The position numbers were made by a program, and so were the translations under genes. This document shows positions 25,001 to 35,300 of a DNA stretch of 64,000 nucleotides, one piece after another. A model generated the notes under the pieces. That model was not told the origin of the DNA. It saw only the letters and a list, made by a program, of their open reading frames with translations, and searched no databases. The stretch spans positions 14,260,001 through 14,324,000 of the forward strand of contig JBHGNT010000007.1 of assembly GCA_043228905.1 (NCBI GenBank). Reading direction: 5' to 3'. How positions within the stretch are numbered: the first letter of the stretch is position 1; the number at the start of each line of letters is the position of its first letter. This DNA comes from Azolla caroliniana (taxonomy: Eukaryota > Plantae > Polypodiophyta).

Positions 25001-27478
25001 TGGGTCAATCCGACCAGTCCGATGAGGAACCGGAGAGTAGTGGAGACTCAGTCGTGCACTCCCCGTGCAAGGAACCAAGGCGACGGTTCACGCGCAAAGA
25101 GAAGGGGAAGAAGAAGATGTCAGAATTCTAAACCGGCAACGATGAGTTGGTATAAAGCCCGGTTAGTGGCGAAAGGATACACGCGGACCCATGGAATCGA
25201 CTACGACGAGACCTTCGCTCCGGTAGCGAAGATGACGACAGTTCGTGTGGTGCTGGCGGTTGCTGCAACAAGGGGGTGGCATCTTCACCAGATGGATGTG
25301 AAGAATGCGTTTCTTCAGGGTGATCTTGAAGAAGAAGTCTTTATGACTCAGCCCCCCAGCTTTGAATCAGAGATGAACAAGTCGGCTATATGCCAGCTAA
25401 AGAAGTCGTTGTACGGCCTGAAGCAAGCCCCTCAAGCTTGGAATGCGAAGATCACGCACCGGTTGTGTAAGATGGGGTTTGTGGCCTCCAAATCGGACTC
25501 TTCGTTGTTCATCCGGCAAGGCTCCGCTGGTCCGGTATGTATACTGCTGTATGTTGATGATCTAGTCATCACCGGATGGGGTGTTCCAGAAATCAATTGC
25601 GTCAAGTCCTTGTTGTCGTACGCATTTGAGATGAAGGATCTGGGGGACCTTCATTATTTTCTAGGGATCGAGGTGATCCGAACCCTCGACGACATATTAC
25701 TCTCACAACGACATTACGTCTTCAATATGCTGTACAAGTTCGGCATGACAGAATGCCGACTTGTCTTCACACCCTTGGACCGGAACCAGAAGCTTCGTCC
25801 CAACTCCGGACCGGCCTGCAATGAGAAACAGTTTCGACAAATCTTCGGAAGCCTTATTTACTTGACTATCACGCGACCCGACATCAGCTATCCGGTCGGA
25901 ATGATAAGTCAATTCATGCAGAAGCCGACTGTGGAGCACCTTCAGTGTGCGCATCGAATACTGCGATATGTAAGTGGCACGAAGGACCGAGGCCTGTTAT
26001 ACTGGCACGGTATACCCGAAGAGCTGGTCGGTTACACAGATGCCGACTGGGCCGGAGATGCATCAGATCGCCGATCAACCTCTGGTTTTATGTTTTCGAT
26101 TGGGAGCGCAGCTATTGCATGGAGCAGCAAAAAGCAACCAACAATGGGTCTATCAAGCATTGAGGCTGAGTACTGGGGCACGACCCTTGCAACCTGTGAA
26201 GCCATTTGGCTTCTGCGATTGTTGTGAGACTTGCAGATCGAGGTACCAACCCCGATCCCGATTTATTGTGATAACATCAGCAGCATGCAGCTCGCCAAGA
26301 ATCCTGTGTTCCATGCTCGCATGAAGCACATAGAAGTGCACTATCACTTTGTGCGTGAGCGGGTCCTGAGCGGTGAAGTTGAACTACAGTATGTTCACAT
26401 GGATCGGCAAGTTGCCGATATCTTCACCAAGCCGGTCGGATCAGACAAGTTGCAGCACTTTACCGACATGCTTGGTGTTCAGCATCTCGACGTGCCACAC
26501 TTGAGGGGGAGAACGGGAAGAGACACCGGAACAGGCAAAGGCAAAGAGACTACCGATTGTGCCAGTGAGGGAAGAATAGAAGGTGGTAGAGTCAAGAAGG
26601 ATAGAGCCGACTGAAGGAAGAAGGCCAAGACCCAGACATGGTCCGATGTGGTAATGGGCTTGGAACCAGAAGACGAATCGGGAGCAACCGATTTGGACAA
26701 GAGCTGGAACGAATCGGAGACAGTTGATTCAGTTCAAAAGACAGATTCGGAAGAATCAGATCAATTCAAGGCCAAGCAAACACGGATGCAGCAGAAGTCG
26801 ATGCCATCGCGGAGGAACCGACAGATCGGCAAGCGTCGGAGTCATAGCAGCAAAGGAGCTGAGAGGGGCCTATTAAGCAGACCTGCCTACCAAGAATGTC
26901 GAGGCGCGCAGAACCAGAAGGGTCGCGGCAAACGAGACCAGACCGGACGAGGAGCACGAGCAAGTTGAAGCGACGCCAGGAGAAGTCGGTTGGAAGAACC
27001 GATTGCCACAGAGACTGACACTAAGATCCAACCTCAAGTTGAGCTTGAGGGGGAGTGTTGAGCGGCAAGCTCAACTGGAGCCGAATCAGCTGAATAAGCC
27101 TGAGCCGGCAAGCGAGACGGATCGGTAAGCTGTGAGCAACCAAGCCGGCAAGCAACAAAGCCGGTGAGCTAGGGAGCCGGTTTGCCGGATCCAATCAATA
27201 ACTGGAAGCCTAGTACTAGTGTAGACTACTAGGAAATTATGGTCTCGTAGTAAGTGTCAGATGCTCGTGTGAACATTGAAGTACGCGGTACTTCTGTCAG
27301 TCCCACGAGGACTTGTATAAATAATGCTAGTGAGCATAGTTGTAAGTACAGAGTGTTTTTATGGTTTTTGAATATAGCCTTGAAGTGCTACTCTCTCTAT
27401 CTCTCCCGTGTACTCTGTGTATTCCCTACCTTCTCTATTTTCTAACGCTTCTAACGCTTCCGTAAGTAATCATTTACA
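22072..27478 (+). mobile_element. Ty1/copia element B nested in the gag of A. LTRs 22072-22494 and 27056-27478 (423 bp each)
   Basis: TSD CTGAG (22067-22071 / 27479-27483), PBS at 22495 and PPT at 27047. The two LTRs differ at roughly 19 sites by eye, nearly all transitions. Confidence 0.95.
22590..27061 (+). pseudogene. Copia B gag-pol (gag, CCHC, protease, GAG-pre-integrase, integrase, RT, RNase H, C-terminal extension) with stops and a deletion at ~25150
   Basis: Motifs include CWYCDKKGHRESEC, WYVDSVALNHMT, LWHKRIGH, CLRSDGGKEY, PQQNGVAERKN, QMDVKNAFL, LLYVDDL, GYTDADWAG, KHIEVHYHFVRE and ADIFTK. Confidence 0.92.
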
Positions 27479-27994
27479 CTGAGCCATGTCCGAGATGGCA
27501 AGACGCCAAAAGTAGCTTGGGGAAACTTGAAGAAGGTTTTCGCAGCAAGCACTACAACCCAGAAGCTGCAACTCCGACAAGAGTTGAGCAATGTTCGACA
27601 GAAGGACATGTCGGTAGCCGATTACACGACCCGAATCAAAGAGATATGTGACTCACTTGCCTCTATCAACGTCACTATAGAGAAAGATGAGATGGTGCAA
27701 ATTTGTCTTGGGGGCCTAGCATCTAAGTTCGGAGCATTCCGAATGACGATATGTACAAGGGAGAATATGCCGTTGTCGTGAAAATACGACGAGGATACGT
27801 GAACTTGAGGCAGGACCCCGGGGCCTCCGACCAGAGGATATCAAATTTGTGCATTTTTGTATTAAGAATTAATCGATATGACAAAGTTTGATAAATTTTA
27901 TTAGTAAAGAAAGAGAAAAATTACAAGATGTCCCAAGATTGGGATTCAAAAGTTTTAGGTTTACTGAGATTAATAGAAAAGAAAAATTAGGGGT

Positions 27995-28335
27995 TTTGAG
28001 AGATATGGCTTCCTTAGGGAAAATTAGGATTTGGCTCTACGAGAGATATGGCTTCCGTAAGGACAATTAGGATTAGGTTCTACGAGAGATATGGCTTCCG
28101 TAGGGAAAATTAGGTTATACGAGAGATATGGCTTCCGTAGGGAAATTTAGGATTAGGCTCTACGAGAGATATGGCTTCCGTAAGGACAATTAGGATTAGG
28201 TTCTACGAGAGATATGGCTTCCGTAGGGAAAATTAGGTTATATGAGAGATATGGCTTCCGTAGGGAAATTTAGGGTTTTTGAGTGTTATGGATTCCGTAG
28301 GGAAATTTAGGGTTTTTGAGTGTTATGGCTTCGAT
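27995..28335 (+). repeat. Minisatellite inside the solo LTR, ~9 units of 37-43 bp (GAGAGATATGGCTTCCGTAGGGAAAATTAGG core)
   Basis: The units are directly visible. Units 1-3 and 4-6 form a ~123-bp higher-order repeat. Confidence 0.9.
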
Positions 28336-28609
28336 AAGATAAGAGAGCTAAGAAGGAAAAGAAAATAAAAATGGAGAGAGGATGAGTGTAGGAAAAATAA
28401 ATGGAATATATATGGAGTTCTCCGTTGATCATCGCCTTTAATGTTACTTTGCATGCCCACTTTTAGTTGCATGGCCTCTACTTTTAGTTGCATGGCTTTT
28501 TCTTTTAGTTGCATGCGACCGTCCACATGGCCTTTACTTTAGTTTTCTTTACTTTACTTTAATTCACCGCATGATCCAATAATTCGTAAAGTTTAGCCCA
28601 TGCTTTGAT

Positions 28610-28980
28610 CCGTCCGGTCCACGTCCACCCAGTCCAGTTCTGGTTCTGTCACCGTCTGGTTCCGGTTCGATCGCCGGTTCCATCCGGTTGCCGGCTCCGT
28701 CCGGTCTCTGGTTGCCGAATCCATCCGGTCACCGGTTGCCGGCTCCGTCCGGTTCGGTTCTGGTTCGATCGTCGGTTCCATCCGGTTGCCGGATCCGTCT
28801 GGTTTCCACTTGCCGAATTCGTCCGGTCACCGGCTCCATCTAGTTTCTGGTTGCCGGCTTTGCCTGGTCCCCGATTGTACACCGGTTCCATCCAATTGTC
28901 GGCTCCATCTGGTTTTCACTACTACTGACCAATTTGAGTTCCTTCACCGGCCGGTTTGAGTTCCATCACCGGCCAGTTCG
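28610..28980 (+). repeat. GC-rich degenerate CCGGTT/CCGGTC short-repeat tract
   Basis: CATCCGGTTGCCGGCTCCGTCCGGT-like units recur. Confidence 0.75.
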
Positions 28981-31900
28981 AGCAACTTAGCTACATCCAA
29001 CGACTTAGCCACATCTTTCCTTCTAGACAAAAGTGGCCCAAGCCCAACTATTTCTTTTGTGCTCTTAACACATAGATGAAAAATGATGGTTTTCAATTTG
29101 CTTATATAGCTGGCTCCTAAAGTTTCCTATCTATGTGAGATATTTCACAACTCTATTTTCATTATCTTCTCAAACTTAATATTCACATAACTTGATACTT
29201 GTTTATCCGTTTCATGTGTAGTAAAATGTGCTATGAAGCTCTTGAAGATATCTATCTTTCCATATCAAACCACTAATCTAATCTAAAATAATTATTTCAT
29301 TATTTTTTTACATAGTGTGTGAAGACACACACGACACCGTCATTTTTCGACTTACAGTCGATGCTCCTTGTAGAGGAGAACCACGCCGGTGCGTCAATAA
29401 GTGCACCCACCGACAACTGGATGCTGTACACGGAGGCGGATCAGACCCATGGGCGTGGTGGATGAGGTGGGTTGGCTCGCAATGGTAGCGGTCGGCAAGA
29501 GCAGGACTGAAGGCACAAAGAGCGTGCTGAGAACAGTTCCAGACCCTCCACAAGCAGGGGGAGTCAAGGCGGCGCCGGAGAGCAGCAAGCAAAGGCTGAC
29601 ACAGAATGCTGGTACTGTAGTAAAAAGGGCCACATAGAAAGTGAGTGTTGGAAGAAGTGCGCTGATTCGGACAGATCCGGATCCGGCAAGGCCGGTAGAG
29701 AGAACCAACAATAATCGCACTACACAAAAGGATCGGGAGGATCCGAAACCGGAAAAGCTGGTAAAGGGCCAGCCTTGGTGATGAAACACGAGGCTAACTC
29801 GATGAAGAAGAACACTTCCAAATCGGAGGAAGTGTGGTACATTGATTCCGGTGCATCGAATCTCATGACGAGCCACAAAGAGTGATTCTCCTTCTTGGAG
29901 AAACCGGAACAACCGGGAGTCGTCGAAATCGGAGACGACACTCCTCACCCAATCATGCATGTCGGAGAAGTCCCTTTGAGCCACCTCGAACAGAGGGGGA
30001 AGCTGATGAACGTATTACACGTTCCGACTATCACGAAGAACCTGGTGTCAATCGGTCAGATCGTTGACCAAGGGATGCGGTGCGGTTTACGCACCCCAAT
30101 GACGTCGACACCGCTTTGTTCGCCAAAGGATAGAAGATTGAATCGGATATTGATCTCTAGCACAAGCGGATTGGCCACGTCAAGTACTGGAGGCTTCAAG
30201 ACCTGCAAACGAAACAAGTTGTTTTTGGTTTGCTGAAGTTCAGTGGTCAGAAGGTCCAAATAAATGAAGCCTGCAACCTCGGGAAGCAACACCGGCTTCC
30301 ATTACCCACCGAAAAAAACCGTAGTTGTAACAAGCTCGACCTTATTCATTCGGATGTATGAGGACCGACACAGAACGTTAGTCTTGGCGGGAATCGATAC
30401 TTCGTCTCCTTCATTGACGACTACAACCGGCACACATGGATCTACCTCAATGAGTGGAAGAGCAAAGTCTTCGAGTATTTCCGGAACCTACAAAACCTGG
30501 TTGAACGGGAAATGGAGAGGAAGATCAAGTGCTTGCGGTCGGATGGCGGAAAAGAATATTTTTCCGGCCAATTCAACACTTATCTACAACAAAAAGGAAT
30601 TTGGAGAGAGTTCAGCTGCAGATACACACTAGAGCAAAACGGTGTGGACGAGAGGAAGAACCAGTCGATTATCGACGTGGCAAGGGCGACGGTGGAGGAG
30701 AAGAGCATGCCCAAATTCTACTGGGCTGAGGCGGTCCGGACGATTGTCTATATCCAAAACCGGATCGGTGACAAGGTGTCCGCGCATGAGCTGTATTTCG
30801 GGCGCAAGTCGAATTTGAGACACCTTTGGATATTCGGTAGCATTGCATACGTGCATGTGCCGGATGAGAAGCGGAGGAAGTTGGATGCAAAGTCGGAGAA
30901 ATGCATCTTGGTCGGTTACTCGCATGAGCCAAAGGGGTATAAGTGTTATAACCCCCGGATGAAGCAGGTCTGAGTTAGCCGGGATGTTGAGGTCGATGAG
31001 ACGGCATCATGGTATACCTTACCGGCTCCGACTTCCGACCCCGACCCGACACCGGTGGATGAGGCTAGTGAGCCTGAACCGGTTCAGATAGAAGGTGAAG
31101 ATCTCGGCATTCTAGAAGAGAGTCCGGAATCGTTTCGGTTGAGCGGACTAAACGAGCGACTTGGTCAGACAGACCAGTCGGAAGATGAACTGGTGAGTAG
31201 TGGAGACTTTGCCGTGTTCCCCCTGTGCAAGGAACCGAGGAGACGGTTCATGCGCAAGGAAAAGGGGAAGAGGAAGATGCCGGAGCACGAGACCGACAAT
31301 GGTGAGTCGGATCAGAGCGTATCCGACTCCGAAAAAGAAGAAGGCATATCTTCAGCAACGAAGACCGAACCGGTCAAGAAGGGCCTCAAACCGCGTAACG
31401 ATAAATTACGCCGGTCTTCCCACCAGAAGAACCCCGTGAAGTGGTACGGGTATAATGAGTACATGGCGCATCACTATGCGTACATGACCAAGGTGGCGGA
31501 AGTGCGTGAGCCGGAGAGCTACGCAAAAGCGACAAAGGATGCAAATTGGCATGCCACTATGGAGGAATGTTGAGCGGCAAGCTCAACCGGATTTGGATCA
31601 GCATCCAGAAGGATGAAGCCGGATCGGTGAGGCGGATCAGACGTATTGGCGAGCCGGTGAGCTGGGGAGCCGGTTAGCCGGATCCAGCAGTAACCGGAAG
31701 CCTAGTAATAGCTTAGATTACTAGGTAGTTATTGTCTAATAGTTAGTGTTAGACGCTCGTGTGAGCATTGAAGTACGTTGTACTTCTGTCAGTCCCATGA
31801 GGACTTGTATAAATAGTGCTATTGAGCACGTTGTATGTACAGAGTGTTGATATAATTTTTGAATTTAGATTCTTGTTCTGCTCTCTCTGTCTCTCCCGAG

Positions 31901-32366
31901 TACTCTCTGTATTCTATGTATTATTCTTGTTGACCGGTCAGAAGAGCAAGGACAAGTGGGAAGGCGGAGTCGGATCGGATAATAGGAAGTAAATAATAGT
32001 AGAATTATTATTCGGAGGGATGGATCCGGTACAGTTGTACCGATCCGGATCCGGACCGATTCGGATGCCGGTTGCCTAAGCGCACCGATTGTAACCTTGC
32101 CGGATGCCTATAAAAGGATCCGATGATTTGTAAAGATTTTGGACGGAAGTAATACAAAAGTAATTATTGCGTGTTTATCTGTATCTTCGTATTGTTTACC
32201 GTCTGTGCTTAATTGTAATCATCTTACGCGTGTAACCTAGCATCCAATCCTTACCACCCCTTTGGAGAAGTGTCGGATAGACACCTGTGTTGAGGCTAGT
32301 CCGACCAGGCAGACGACACTATTTTGGCGACCACGATTCCTGCAAAGTGCAGAGGAAAACCGGGGG

Positions 32367-35300
32367 ATGGATGTCTAGACCAAACGACGACCACACACCG
32401 AACGAGGGAGACGATACACCGAACGAGAGCAACGACGGGAAGCCCTGCAGCAAGCCGTCGACGAGATCCGGCGAGATCGGTCATTCTCCAGAACTCTTCG
32501 GAGAGTCGCAGAAGAAGCACTGCAGTTCAGGGTTCTGCAAGTCCCCGACGAAGGCAGTAGCATAACAAGCCTGCAAGAGGCGGAAACGATACTACAGACG
32601 CTCGCCGGGGGCGACGGGGACTCGGAAGCATTCGCAACACTTGAGGTGGAGTCGGAAAGCGACAGAAGCGTTGCGTCCCGGAATAAAAGCAGCCACGACA
32701 CACCAAACGACCCGGGGGAAGAGGGGTCGGAAGACTCAGTAACACCGGAGCCAGAGGAAGAAATAACCTTGGAGTTCGGTGACCGGCAATCACCGAGGGA
32801 GGCTGACCGGATACCGACAACACCCGCGAAGGAACCAAAGGACCGTATACCGACAACACCCGCGGAGGAACCAAAGGACCGGACACCGGCAACACCCGCG
32901 GAGGAACTGAAGGAGCGGATACCGGCACCAACCGCGGAGGAACCTAAGGTTCTCACACCGACGCCAACAGCGGACAGAGAGCGGAGAAAGCAGGAGAGTC
33001 AGTTGGACGACACGATGCCGTACCCATACCCAAAGTACCGGGATGAGCCCGACGCGGAGGCACACGTGTACACATTCCTCCAAACATGGGAAGCCAACCA
33101 TGTCTCCCAAAGACTGACAGAGCTTGAAGCCGAACGATCCAAAGTCGCCGAATTCGGCATGACCTTAGAAGGACCGGCGGCCCGATGGCACGCAAAGCAC
33201 TTACCAGGCAGCTTTGCCACATTCGATGCCTTGAAGGCCAAATTCCTCAGGCTTTTTCACAGACAAGTTGAGCAAAGGGAATTGGTCGGGCAGTTCTACA
33301 CCACCCAGCAGGAAGAGAACGGGACTGTGCCACAATTCATCATTCGGTTTCAGACCCTGCACAACCAACTAACGAGAGCACCACCCGAAGATGAAGCCAA
33401 AGCAGTCTTTTTGGCCGCGCTGAAAGAGCCACTTCGAACAATGTGCGGAGTCCTTGATTTCCACACCAGCACAATCGACCAAGTTATTGATCGGGTCTTA
33501 GAAATGGACAAGACTAGCTCCTTCTTGTCGATGGGGATGTTACACCGGGCACTCCCGAAGGAGGAAGACCTGAGGTTCTGACAGGCCTTACAATGCACAA
33601 CATGCCTAAATTCGGGCCACTCAACAGTAGACTGCACCCTGCGGACACAATGTATGATCTGCAACTCTCGAGCCCATACAACGGACCGATGCGAATATAA
33701 CCTATTAAATCGGCAGGCAGCACCGGTTCGACACATAGAACCGCGCAATCAGAACCCGGATGAGGATCGATTCCGGAGAGACGACCGCTACCAACGCGAA
33801 CGCGGTAACAGATACGCTGATAGAAGACGCGATAACTATGACCGAGAGGAGAAACGCCGAGATAGCTACCCCTGGGACCGGTACGACCGAGACGAATCCC
33901 CGGAATACGAACGACACAGAGAAGAGAGGCGACAAGGGAACCGAAATTTCCGACGGAATCAGAAGCATGGATTTTTCCGAAGAGAGGAACGTCAGGAGGC
34001 AGTAAGGAATGACAACCCGGTATCGGTATCGGATAACCGGAAAACCGAAGACGACCGCCGAAGCATACCCACCCTCCAAACCGGGGACAAAGGAGAAACG
34101 AGCAACAATCACAAGGTGTACTGTTATTACTGCCGTAAGGAAGGCCATTATAGTAACCAATGCCCAAGCAAAACCAATAACAAGCAGCTGGCAGTCAACA
34201 TGGTTACAACCGAAATAACAGAAGTACAGCAGGTCACAACCTGGTCAAAGGGAAAGACCGCCGAGTGGGAAGCCCAGGAGGCAATCAGAAAACAAGTGGC
34301 ACAATGGATCAAGGAGGCCAATGAACAGAATGCGGCAGAAGTAAGAGACCAAAATATGCCAAAAGACGAAGAAATCATACAGCCAGGAGAAAACCCGACG
34401 TGGCAAGCGCTACAGGACTGTCAAATCATGCTGCCGTTAGCACGTCTACTACAGTTGGTGCCACGGTTTACGGCAGACTTACATGCATCCGTGAGCAAAC
34501 TGAAGCCGACGCCAGCACCAGCATTCTTCTCCAACCCGGAGGAAGGACCAGCGGTGGTCGATACAAGTAGCCCGGCGATCACGGCAATCGTGAAAGGAAA
34601 GGAAATTGCTGGAACGATTATTGACAGGCTCCGGGGTAAAGGTCATCAGCCGACAGACATGCGATAACCTGGGCATCCGGGAATGGGAACCATGCCCCTT
34701 CTGGTTACGCATGGCGGATACCAGCTTAGTCCGACCGACTGGGCTTATCCGGGATTTGGAAGTAACGATCGGAGGCCACGTATTCCGGATATCGGCCGTG
34801 GTGCTGCAGCTGAATGTACAAGGCGCGTACCCCCTACTGCTAGGACGACCATGGCTGCGAACGACGCATATCAAGCAGAACTGGCAAAAGAACATGATCA
34901 CATTCCGGCGAGGGAAAACAAAGGTACGAGTAACGACGCAACCACGGGTGATCGCCAGTAAGGAAGCAACTCCATTGTATGCGGAAAGCATCAACATGTT
35001 GGAGGGATTACCGGACGAGGAAGTCGAGCGGTACCTCGAGGAACACCCACGAATCGTCCAACTATTTGAGGTGGATATCACGGCGGCAGTAGAACCGTAC
35101 ATTACGACGCCGGACGAACCGGACCAAGCGGCGATCCGGGAACTGCGACAAGCGCAGGAATCCCTAGAGAGGGAAATGACGATATCCTAGAGGGTAAAAG
35201 CATCCCAACTAGAGGAGGTGGACCTCGGCACAACAGACAAGCCCCGACCGGTAAATGTCGCAAAGGAATTGCCGAAGGAAGAAAAGAAGGCAATGGTAGC

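Larger units (their letters stand above)
27774..29336. mobile_element. Solo LTR (1563 bp) inserted in the gag of Copia A
   Basis: It has perfect terminal inverted repeats TGTCGTG...CACGACA, flanked by CCGT/CCGT. There is no coding content, and Copia gag resumes at 29337. Confidence 0.8.

Noticed and set aside
28255-28320. Interstitial telomeric repeat
   Set aside because: Only isolated TTTAGGG units inside a minisatellite, with no tandem telomere array.
27995-28335. CRISPR-like regularly spaced repeats
   Set aside because: The intervening sequences are short and themselves repeated, with no unique spacers. There are no cas genes, and the context is a eukaryotic LTR. It is a minisatellite.
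34606-34667. Programmed gag-pol frameshift in element D
   Set aside because: The shift falls inside the protease active-site motif, and the relative E reads through it in one frame (TIVDGGSGVNVIS). It is a mutation.
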